Assembly: GCA_965644265.1 (NCBI GenBank)
Contig: OZ286470.1
Coordinates: forward strand, 29,264,001 to 29,328,000
Length of the DNA: 64,000 bases
Source of the DNA: Glycera tridactyla
Taxonomy: Eukaryota
Direction of reading: 5' to 3'
In this document: piece by piece, positions 1 through 10,885 of the stretch
Layout: each line of letters begins with the position of its first letter
Numbering within the stretch: position 1 is the first letter of the stretch
The notes under the pieces: generated by a model
Told to the model about the DNA's origin: nothing
What the model saw: the letters and a program-made list of their open reading frames with translations, nothing else
Database searches by the model: none
Translations under genes and position numbers: made by a program

Positions 1-279
1 TGGGAGGCAAAAAGTTCTACCGACATTCAAGTGAACATGTGGTATCATGTGGTGATGACATGGAGTCCCTTGGGAGCCAGGTTGTATGCAAATGGAGAAA
101 AGATCGCGCAGGACGACACTGCAACTTCGAAAAATGCGGCTAATGTCCGAACACATTTTGTTATGGGCAGACAGAATAAACCGGTAGCTACATCTAGCTA
201 CTCGGCGCGGGCTTGGTATGATGACATGCGAGTTTATTATGAAGAAAAGCAAGAAGACTTCATCAGAAACTTATATTAG
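1..279 (+). CDS. 3' part of terminal exon encoding a LamG-3/ConA-like lectin (pentraxin-like) domain; 5' end outside window
   Basis: Open from base 1 (WEAKSSTDIQVNMWYHVVMTWSP...LYANG...FVMGR...WYDDMRVY) to TAG 277-279; colinear with 40237-40515; WYHVVMTW, LYxNG and DDxRVY are LamG-3 hallmarks. Confidence 0.75.
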   Translation, partial: WEAKSSTDIQVNMWYHVVMTWSPLGARLYANGEKIAQDDTATSKNAANVRTHFVMGRQNKPVATSSYSARAWYDDMRVYYEEKQEDFIRNLY

Positions 280-1746
280 TTCTTAGACTGCTCTGGTCCG
301 ACTCATAATGTTGCCATTGACATTTCGATCATCTTGTGGAAATATGCAACATTTATAAGATTTGTCTGATCTGCTTTTACAGAGAATGAGCAGTTCATTG
401 TAGACCAAAAACGTTGAAACTAGGAATTTGAGAAAGAAGAAGTGAAGAAAGAAAATGGTCAAAGTTTATTTCACAATTATGGTATTGTTGTAAAGATATC
501 TATGAGAGGTCGTCCTTAGCGATCATCATTGTATTGGCATCCCAGTATAACACATAAGAGACTGGCATGATGACGGAAAAGAAGTGACGGCCGAAAAAAG
601 ATCTCAACCACCGGTCAAAGACTATCCTGAGACTGCTAGGACATGTCCGGCATGTCAGCTTCAAACATTTTTTGGTGATTTTATATGTCATGATAAGGTG
701 TCCCCCCTCTCAGGGGACACCTTTTGCAAACATTCCAAAAGTCCTACCATCTGTTTCAAGATAAATTCGACCAACCACACATTGGTATTCTGGTGAGACA
801 AAGTCAATCTGAGGTGACAGTGATTATTTATGCCTTTCTACCACACTTGGTGCTCATCCTGAGAGTGGAGAGTGGAGGTCAGCTGTTCAAACACTGGGCG
901 CCATGAGTAGTTCTAGGTTTGGAAACACAATTATATTTCTAGCAATTCCATGTCAAAAATATATATTCACATCATTCGTTGGCTCTAACCAACCATTATC
1001 AATTATCTCATCATCCCTTGCAGTGCAGAGAATCATATCCGAATGGGGCCATCAGGTGAAACCAGCAAATTGATTACCTGCATCATTGTAGAAAATGTGG
1101 CCTCCAATATGTTGGCCGAAAAGGCTGAACAGGGCATGAATGATTTGGCAATCATTCGAATCACATTCTAGCCAAGGATTCAACTGAAGATGTGTGCAGA
1201 CATTACACCACATCTGGACATAAAAGCCTAACGGATATGAAAATCATCGTTTCGGGATTCATTTTTGTATCCCCCCTCCTAAAGGGACTGATCGCTATAT
1301 CCCTGAGATAACAAATAGAATTTGATTGGATTCAGTGGCCGAGAACGATGCTCCCTGGACTCAACACGAAGAACCGCACTCTTCCTACAGTAGATAAAAG
1401 AGATTGCGCGGGATGCACTGAGATAGACACAAAAATTATACGAATAAATCTGTCACTTATATTTGGATGTGACAGATACGTTCCATTTGGTTGCATCGTG
1501 ACTCCAGTAAAAGAATGCCATCTAGCTGTGATGATGTTGAATCAGAACCCATTCTCCAAACCTGCATGTAGAGTGCATGCTATGTAGTGTTCATTAAAAA
1601 GTGCTGCTACCTCGTTAGGTCTATCCTCACGACTCAATAACCCCAACTCGATAATTGCCGGAGTAGTATGGCTGATCATCACTTTTAATGTGCCATTTCG
1701 TGGTGATTGCATGATTAGAACAAAAGCTCAGATTCACTACCCAGCA

Positions 1747-1752
1747 GTAGTG

Positions 1753-1808
<56 letters not shown>
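1747..1808 (+). repeat. (GTA)n microsatellite (shorter paralogues at ~19798-19823 and ~41937-41962)
   Basis: Directly visible; length differs among the three units. Confidence 0.95.
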
Positions 1809-1809
<1 letters not shown>

Positions 1810-2458
1810 ATTTCTTTATTTCAGTTCGTCATTCAATCACATATCCAATATATAGTATGGCATAATATGTACAGTAATACAATTGCATATGTGATAAAGC
1901 TTTTACCCTCAAAAGGAGGATTTTCTCAAGCCGACGAAAGATAAGACTTTCTTGTTCGTTACAAGTGATACTGATGAAGGAATGAATAAAGATATGAGAG
2001 TGATGGGAAGACAGAAAACAGAAACTATGACAGAGACACTGCGGACATACTAGTAATATGCAAGAGCAAACAGTAATGAAACGGAACTAAAAGATGTATA
2101 AACTGAGAACCAATTAGGAACAAATTAAGTACTGATTGGGTACCAAGATTGGCGTTGGAACATACCTTACAGCAATGTGAGACCCAGTCAGAGACGACAA
2201 TGAAATTCGAAGTGCTTTAAAATCTAATTGTCTCCGGGTCGGGGACATAGTTCCGTTCAATGATCTCTAATTGGAAGCAATGCCTCATGCACCAGGTGTA
2301 AGAGGCAGGATAAACAGCAGCAATGCCAACAGACGACAGGTTAGTGAGTGCAAGCAAAGGATTGAAATAAGGAATATCTCGATGAAAATATTTGGGTTTT
2401 TTTTATATTTGACCATGTCTTATATAGGAGTACATGGAAATATGATACAAATATACTG

Positions 2459-2820
2459 AGTTATTGTAGCGAATCATACAAGAATGATGTTTTCTATCAA
2501 TGGGGAGATATCATCTGTTGGTTTATTGCCCATTGCAGTGCATATATGAGTTATTGTAGCGAATCATACAAGAATGATATTTTATATCAATGGGGAGATA
2601 TCACCTGTTGGTTTATTGCCCATTGCAGTGCATATATAAGTTATTATAGCGAATCATACAAAAAATAATATTTTCTATCAATGGGGAGATATCATCTGTT
2701 GGTTTATTGCCCATAGCAGTGCATATATAAGTTATTATAGGGAATCATACGAGAATGATATTTTCTATCAATGGGGAGATATCATCTGTTGGTTTATTAC
2801 CCATAGCAGTGCATATATAA
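2459..2820 (+). repeat. 90-bp minisatellite, 4 copies (one with a 1-nt insertion)
   Basis: Unit AGTTATTGTAGCGAATCATACAAGAATGAT...GCAGTGCATATAT recurs every 90 bp. Confidence 0.92.
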
Positions 2821-3797
2821 CAAAAATACATGTTCTCACATATTGTCTTTGGTGTTGTAACTGTTCAAATGTATTCCATGAAAAAAGTGTCGCTTCAATC
2901 TTGATAGCGCTGGTGATGGATATGCCCGAACTTTTTTGAAATCGTGATGAAATTCTGAAGCCATTTCGAGGCTTTTTTCTGGAATACATAGTATGCGTGA
3001 GTGATTTTTTTTGTTTCTGATCATTATATCGTCATGTGCCCAGACAAGGGCAGGGGAGAGTGGGGGGAATCAGGGTCTATCCAGAGTGGGAAGTGTAAGC
3101 TGTCGAGCTCTGAATAGACAAGTTGCAGATATTAGAGTAGCAGGTCGCCTTGGTTCATACCTCTGAGTATATGAAGCACCTGTGTGTGATACTTCCCTAC
3201 TTTTCTCATAGCCTGCATACTTACCTGTGTTTCTGTGGTGGAATAAAGACAATAAATTCAAATCCAGCCATTCTGTCTCTTACTGCAACAGCAAATATCG
3301 GATCTCATAATTTCCCACACCTATGCTGTCCTGAGATATGTATGACCCAGCACTGGTGTGAGATTTAACCCAGAAGAGTATCAATTGATTGCAGTCATTG
3401 CAAATGGGATGTTCGTCATTTAAATATTCAAATGTATAATACATTAATATGAATGTGTCCCTCTGACTTAAGTGATTGATGCAGTTTCACACTGGAAAAA
3501 GGCAGTGTATGTCTCAACAGAATTCATGGGGAAACTCTCATGCGTTAATAAATTGCATTAAAGATGGAACACCATGAGTTGATTCTCGGATATTTGAACC
3601 CAATCTATCCCGGAATCTCCGCCAAGATGATGTTCGTAAAAGGACTGGTGTTGCTATGTAGTAGTAATAACAAGTCTATGGTGGACAGAAATGCGTTGTC
3701 TAAACGAGTGGGCCTTCTTGGTGCCAACCGGTGATGCAGCATACATGGCAATTGGCCACATATAACCCGACGCTATAGTGTCGTGTGTTTCCAAGAA

Positions 3798-4260
3798 GGG
3801 GAGTGATTAGCCGGTTCTAGCAAGCACAGTGGAGGTGTCAAACATTCGTTGGTTTGGACGGGGAGTGATCAGCCGGTTCTAGCAAGCACAGTGGAGGTGT
3901 CAAACATTCGTTGATATGGACGGGGAGTGATTAGCCGGTTCTAGCAAGCACAGTGGAGGTGTCAAACATTCGTTGGTATGGACGGGGAGTGATTAGCCGG
4001 TTCTAGCAAGCACAGTGGAGGTGTCAAACATTCATTGGTATGGACGGGGAGTGATTAGCCGGTTCTAGCAAGCACAGTGGAGGTGTCAAACATTCGTTGG
4101 TATGTACAGAAAGTGATTAGCAGGTTCTAGCAAGCACAGTGGAGGTGTCAAACATTCGTTGGTATGAAGGGGGAGTGCTTAGCCGGTTCTAGCAAGCAAA
4201 GTGGAGGTGTCAAACATTTGTTGGTATAAAGGGGGAGTGCTTAGCCAGTTTGTTGGTATG
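3798..4260 (+). repeat. 62-bp minisatellite, ~7 copies
   Basis: GAGTGATTAGCCGGTTCTAGCAAGCACAGTGGAGGTGTCAAACATTCGTTGGTATGGACGGG starts at 3801, 3863, 3925 and onward. Confidence 0.92.
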
Positions 4261-5528
4261 AACCTGTGTGGGAGAAAACTGAGCAGCCAGTTCCAACTAT
4301 GCAACCTCAGAAACAAGTGATGAACGTGATCTAGAGCTTCTCAGTCCTACCCATAGCCTGTATAACATGTTTGTACTGATGTATGTTGTTGCTGTTGGTT
4401 AGTTGATTCTGCATTAAAGTTACATCAGCACCATCTGGGCTATATTGTGACGCCCATGCAATGGGCATGATCGGGATTTTCAAAGACTTCTTTTTCTGGG
4501 TCCCAGAAAATTTGTCAAATTCACAGACACTCAAGGTGCCATTTCTGTGATTGCTGCGTTCTACAGGAATAAAGTGATGTGATCTGTTAAATGTTGTGAG
4601 GTTTATCTATGGTGCTTAGTGCCTAGTGCTACTGGTACCACCAACCAGAAAATAGTGTTGATCCTTGTCCCCTGCCATCTCTTCAGACAATATGCATGAG
4701 TCACTATGCAATTTCCAATACTTGCGTTGCTTTGAAGTAGCCGAGCCGGCTATATGAGAACATGTCTTGAGATACACTTGGATGATTTCAATATGCATTC
4801 AGTTTTCCATACAATATACTAGATTTCTCACAGAAAAGCTGTTGCTTGTCTTTTCATATACTGCTCACCTCATCAAGAAATAATGTATCTCTGCATGAAA
4901 GACGAATAATTTCTTGATGGTTTTTTCAAATGTATGGCATCACATTATATTTTGAGGTTTTCTAAAATATTTTCCAGATTTCCATCGGCACTGCTGTTTG
5001 TGAGAGTGATTTTAAGTATATAGTGGGTGGATTTTGAGAGGTCCTGTAATTAGAATTTGGGTAGCACTTGGTTACTCTATACAGCTGAATACGTGCTCAC
5101 TTCTACTATCTCTACATCAGTCCAGGGGCATTGCAAGTGGTTTTGGTAATTGCCTCATTAAAGTCATTTTGATCACATGGAACGTACCGTAGTTGCTCTT
5201 CTCCCTGCTTGGAATAGCTCGCAGCCAGTTGGGATTAGCACGCTTACGCATCAGCGCAGGAGGGAGGGTATTTCATGCGTGCGGTCTTTGAAGAAGAACC
5301 CACCAATTAATCTACTCATCAGAAGCATCCTGAAGTCGCGGATGGTACTATCTGGAAAATATGCCAACATGACGGTGATATAATTACCGTTATGACATCC
5401 AGTCAATTCACTTTTTTGGTTGCATCTGATTTTCTGGGATAATTCCTCAGAGGCGACGAGATCAATGTTTGTTCCTATGAGATCGTTTTGAATTCTCATT
5501 GCCTAGATAGAATATAACAGAAAAAGTA

Positions 5529-5704
5529 CAGTCAAACCTGTATCCAGCAACCATCCTTGGGACAGTGAAAGGCGGTTGCTTAACACAGGTGGTTGTCTAA
5601 TACAGGTTGTTTATATCGAGAAATACTCTGGAGGGACTTTCAGAAGTGGTTGCTTAAGGCAGGTGGTTGATTAATACAGGTGCCCTTCATAGCAGGTTCA
5701 ACTG
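5529..5704. mobile_element. Tc1/mariner-type (pogo/Tigger-like) MITE, 176 bp
   Basis: TA|CAGTCAAACCTG ... CAGGTTCAACTG|TA: imperfect 12-bp TIRs with TA target duplication; internal GGTTGCTTAA/CAGGTGGTTG repeats. Confidence 0.8.
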
Positions 5705-7030
5705 TAGATTCCACACACAGGAATTGTGATACTTGGGGAAAATATTTAATCTAGCTATTGTCACTTGTTCATGGGACTCGTTTGTGCTCTGATTGATACG
5801 TGTATTTACATCACGATGTGTTGAAATCAAGGTCACATGTCAACTGGAAGCGCTTAAGGTTGATATTCGCATGATTATATGTTTCGGAATTCTGAATTTA
5901 TATTTTTGGGTATTTCTGAAATATGGATGAGGAATGGTCAATACCCTCCAAAGCCTTGCGTGGAATGAAATCATTGCTATCAGACCTGAGTGTTCACTAA
6001 CGGCCAGTTACGGAACCAGATAACCAATCTGTAGGTTGATTCGGGATGATGTTGGAGATAGACCTGCGGTGGTAGGAGAGATAACCTCTATGGTTCCCAT
6101 CATTTTTGTTCGAAATTTGTGATAGGGATGATTGGTCGGTTGGTAGAAAGTTTTACGTTCCGTGAGCAGGTGCTGAGCAACATCGAGCCACTGTGATCAG
6201 CATGGATTGGATCCATGGATTCGAGACCTCATCATGTTGGATTTCGAACCGAAGAGGACAATTCATGAAATTGACTGTCACTTCATGAGAGTGATGCCGA
6301 TTTTACAGATCAGAATCATATATCATACTTGATCAATTTGGTTGGTACCTGCTGTGAATCCCCAATCAATCGACTAACCAATCAAATGACATATCGACCG
6401 AGCAGAATGAATCGCCTATCTTTTCTGAAGAATGGGACCCGAAACGACCTCAAATCCTCGCACATTATTAGTTGCAATGATAACCAGTCTGAACGCACAC
6501 TAACCCTCGAATCTAATTTTTCAACGCTATGATTCAAAATCCATCTACATAGGATAATTTCTTCTTCAGGTATGTATATATCGGCTCCATTAGGGTGAAA
6601 TGGTGGATATCGATGGCAATGTATCAATGTGCTCAAATTATGCAAGCGATCAAGTATTGATTCGCCTCTCAGACTGTTGCCTAGCAGGAAATTCAATATC
6701 ACCATACATCATCCTTCGAATAATTGAAATCCGATGCTTAGAGGAAAAAGAGAATGCCTTTCAGGATGATATATCAAATGACGCATTCCTCTCGACAATG
6801 ATGTAGCTTTTTATTGAGTGGTTCCTTCGTTCATTAGCACATATAATGCACCCTATATATTTATATGTCCAAAAAACAAGGATCTTCAGGAATTGTATCA
6901 GTCCCCCAACCACCTCCCCAGGAAGCTCTCAATGAGAAGGACAAATGACTCACTATAGCCCTACAAGCTTACTTTAGGAGGCCCTGAACCTCTTGATGCA
7001 GCTTCCTTGCTCCTCAGGAGGTTCAACTTG

Positions 7031-7084
7031 ACATCCACCTGATGAAGGCTGCACCAAGCCTGAAAGCTTAGTGGCTCACTATGT
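7031..7084 (+). ncRNA. Minimal type I hammerhead ribozyme-like motif
   Basis: Stem I ACATCCAC pairs with GTGG..ATGT (6-nt bulge); CTGATGA 7039-7045; stem II AGGCT-GCACCA-AGCCT; GAAA 7062-7065; tiny stem III AGCT(T). Confidence 0.65.
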
Positions 7085-7178
7085 GGAGATGACACTTGAT
7101 GTATGAGGCATGTTTGTACTCCTGAGGAAATAAAATGTTTAATAAGGAAGCTGAAATACCAGGGTTGGTCGTTCTTTT

Positions 7179-7310
7179 NNNNNNNNNNNNNNNNNNNNNN
7201 NNNNNNNNNNNNNNNNNNNNNNNNNNNNNNNNNNNNNNNNNNNNNNNNNNNNNNNNNNNNNNNNNNNNNNNNNNNNNNNNNNNNNNNNNNNNNNNNNNNN
7301 NNNNNNNNNN
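7179..7310. other. 132-N block (masked or gap), unit A
   Basis: Counted 132 N; flanks GTCGTTCTTTT and TTACTATCATC. Confidence 0.95.
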
Positions 7311-9665
7311 TTACTATCATCACTGTCGTTATTATTACTGTTATATTACTAGTACTGCAGTGAAGTAGACCTGGTGATGAAAAATGTATGCGAAGTAGGA
7401 GAAAGAAATGTCCATATGTTGGGTCATGTTACTGTTACTAACCCCCTCTACCTGGCGAATGGACCAGTGGTGATCACCACGCAACCAAGTTTTGAGTGGG
7501 GACTTGGTATACCAGCGTAAATGAAGATATGTCCATTATTATACCAACACTAGTCAAGGGTCAACTCGCAGCTTCACCGATTTTGCCCGCTAACAGAGAA
7601 GGCTCAGCCGTTCAGCTTCCTTTTACATATTTTCTCAGCTTTTTCCGAATTTTCTCAATTCACCCTCTCTTATTTGTGCCTACAAGTAGATATGGATACT
7701 TTTTCAACTCATATCTCCTCAATGTATATCTGACGTGATTGGTTTTCTCAAGAAGACCATAGGAATAAAAAGTACTGACACGAAGTCGCGACAGTGGATT
7801 CTGCAAATAAACTAGGCATCAAATCTGACTGTCCGACATGGATGCCAATAGTGCTTGGAACCTGGATGATTTAGGGGAGGCGGGGGAGGGGGGCTTCACA
7901 TTTAGAATGACAAGTCGAATGCACCTAGTAGTACCTCAGATAAAGTGGCAGGTCTTCACAAATACGCCATTCCATACTGTCAAACCTCTCACATGGCAAT
8001 AATATTTGCTGGCCTAGAGATTGAATAATGTATGCGGCATCGGGTAATTGATAGTCAATGGGGTACCGACTAACATTCACAGTGTGCTACAGGGACCTTT
8101 TTATAGTCCTGCCATTTGTCATATAGTTGATTGGGTTCACCCACACGGTTCCATGGGAGGTACAGATGATGATACATTCTCACATCGCATCCTGATCTAA
8201 CTGTACATTTCAAATTCTATTGGTATTCACAGACCCGTGACTGGTTGTCGTGGCAACAAAATTTGGTTAAACCATGATTTTATTCCACCAAGGCCTGGTG
8301 CACTTCCAATACAGCATCAGTTTGTCCATATTTGGTATTGATATATACGTCTAATCAAGCCTGACAATATGACATTGGCACAATTGTCAGTTAGGTGATA
8401 TATCTCTCGTAGAATCTGCTCATGTGGTGCAAAGAGATAAATTCAAGATTGAATTTCATACTTGAATTGTATTTCATAATTTCCGAGGCCAAATTAAAAA
8501 TTGTGCCAATAGAGTGATTGAGTGTAGTGATTGATGAATTGATTGGCAAATAATCTGACCCCCTGTAACATGAATTTGTGTTGCGCTAGTCCGAAATGAC
8601 CTGAAATCGAATTGAGCACTGATCTTCATCTAAACAAAGAACAAGCAGACAAAAATCTTTGGAGTAACATCACGAAAAGCATGCATAAACAAAATTCGAC
8701 CTTTTGCCCACTTGCCCGCATTGAAATTTCAGATTGGCTTGTGATAGATTGTGTGAATGATATACTTTGATGAGGAACTGTGATGATATTGGTAGTTTTC
8801 GTCAGTGTCTAAGTTCTTGTGAGCCTGATAAATTGAGGTTGTGGCAGAAGTGAAGGAGCCTTGGCAATTATTCATCATAAATCACACAAAAATGATTGAG
8901 TATCCATCAGGCCTGACAGGTAATTAGTTGCCTTGAACTGTCCCTTCTACCTTATATATTCTGATTGATGCGCTGACAATATGAAACAAATGACAAATAT
9001 TCGATTGTCTGATGCAGAATCACTGACAACACTAGGATCGCTCACAATGTAAGGTGCGGAGGTGTTGAGACATTGTCTCTCAGGAAATATTTTATATTGA
9101 ATGGGTATGACTTTTTGCAGGTCAGACATTCCTATCCCAGCCCCACCAACCAACCTATCTGGTCACTCTGATGTGGGTAAAAACAGTTTATTTTGCCAAT
9201 ATGAAGCTAATGACATATATTCGAGCGTCTCAAGTCAGGGCCTAATGCAGAATCACCAGGATCGCTTACCATATAGGATGTTCAGGTGTGGAAACTTTGC
9301 CTGTCAGAGAACTGTACATTACATGGGTGTGAATTTTTGCAGGTTAGACTTTCATATTCCAGCCCCCGCCAACCAACCTTTTTCGGTCACTATAATGTTG
9401 GTTTTAGTGCTTGTATTGATCGATCCGGTTTCAGTTGCATCAGGGTCTACCATCGTTCATCGACCATAGTCATCGGACTACCACATTACATGCCTGCCCA
9501 CCAACTTCCAGCTCTATTCAATTCAAAATGAATATGCAAAGGGATGCACGAGGGCCAGGGCCATCGGGCAAGCAGAGGAATGACCACGTCAGGAATGACT
9601 GTGGTGAAAAATCGTTCCGACAACAATGACTCAATGGACTACGAAAAGTCTATCTTCACTCCATG

Positions 9666-9887
9666 GCGCAGGACTGGTTATTGAACCTAGCCCCTAAAGG
9701 GCGTAGGTCAATAGAGGTCCTGTGCCACTCCTTGGCGCCAGTGCTAACATACCTGACCCGGATTGAAGAACCCACTTGTTAGCACTGGACAACCACTCAG
9801 TCATTGTTGTACTTTTCGGAAACTGAAGAAACCTGCCCGGTTATCCGCTTTATGTAGTCTATGCTAGCACTGGCGCCAAGGAGTGGC
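9666..9887. repeat. Inverted-repeat cassette: ~60-nt hairpin plus 28-bp inverted repeat (paralogues 36202-36423, 50062-50283, 60033-60254)
   Basis: GCCACTCCTTGGCGCCAGTGCTAACATA (9724-9751) vs TATGCTAGCACTGGCGCCAAGGAGTGGC (9860-9887), 27/28 complementary; hairpin 9666-9725. Confidence 0.8.
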
Positions 9888-10566
9888 GTAAGAGTACAAA
9901 TAGGTCTGGGCGGTGAGTACTGATAGGTCTGGGCAGTGCTCGAAGGTCAAATATGGTTTCCGTAGTTTCTTTGACATGAGTGGCAATTATGGTCTGTCTT
10001 GATATAGCTTCAGTATGTACAGCTCATGCTCACTGATTGATATGCAGTCATGCTCAGTCAAATAATCCCTTTTCAGAACAAAGTGTTGAGTGATCGGCAT
10101 ATGGGGAAGCTGGATGAAAAACATAATTCTTCCAGGGCCCATCATGCATCGATGCATTCAACTCATTTTCAATTGATGCATGATTGGTTTTCTATGTCCA
10201 TGGCATTGAATGATTCACCCTTATGCAATTGCGCAGTCGGCACATCGAAAATCGAGGACTTGCTTACCCAGTGCATGCTGTTTTGGAAACAAAGGCTGGC
10301 CGTGTGTATGTGTCTGTGCTGCATACACATGACAGAACCACCTTGTTATCCGGTGAGAGAAGGAGAATATCCGTGGCGATGGTGCTGCTTTCTTCAGCTA
10401 ATAGTTTTAAAGAAGAAAAAAATAGAAGAATGAAAAGAATTATCTCTAATTTTTTTTTTTCGATCGAGTATTGATTTCTCACAGATAACTTCATCAGTGA
10501 TTCCATGGTACAAAGAATGTAAGACTGAAATGGCCCATGTGGTGTCGAGAGGATGTTAGGAAATAC

Positions 10567-10606
10567 TCAATCAATCAATCAATCAATCAATCAATTAATC
10601 AATCAA
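10567..10606 (+). repeat. (TCAA)n microsatellite (paralogue ~37007-37037)
   Basis: Directly visible. Confidence 0.9.
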
Positions 10607-10611
10607 AAGCA

Positions 10612-10885
10612 CCCTTCATCATCTAGCTGTATCAAATCACATCCACTCTTATGCGCTATCCACTGAAGAATATTCTGATTCACCGGTCACGATTTTTTGA
10701 CTGCCAAGCAAGTACGCTTCAACATGTCTGTGGAAAACCGGAATGTGCTACAATCTGTCACCATGAAGATATCAAAGCATCATCGACCTCCTTCTACAGC
10801 GATAACAAAAGATGTCGATGTTCATCACAGCCCCTGCTTGAAGAAGATTCTGAGGGTCAGAGCCGATACAGTGCATATGTTCTTG
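10612..10885 (+). pseudogene. Degenerate older paralogue of the PAN/WSC-like first exon
   Basis: Aligns to 11910-12190 (ECATICHHED...FYSDNKRCRCS...YSAYV); has TGG>TAG, a 1-nt and a 5-nt deletion, 5' end replaced by (TCAA)n, no GTGAGT donor. Confidence 0.7.

Noticed and set aside
1690-1944. ORF with a poly-Val run (also 41880..42242)
   Set aside because: Produced by the (GTA)n microsatellite; length varies between paralogues and no acidic or basic features of a real protein.
1971-2015. CTGATGA...GAAA as a second hammerhead (also minus strand at 10475-10497 and CTGAGGA near 7122)
   Set aside because: No pairing stem II between the conserved boxes.
6961-7368. ORFs containing X runs (also near 33.5-33.9 kb and 47.3-47.7 kb)
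   Set aside because: Artefacts of translating through the N blocks.
9520-9660. Possible RTE-type LINE C-terminal remnant (RGPGPSGKRRNDHVR)
   Set aside because: Resemblance too short to support a call.
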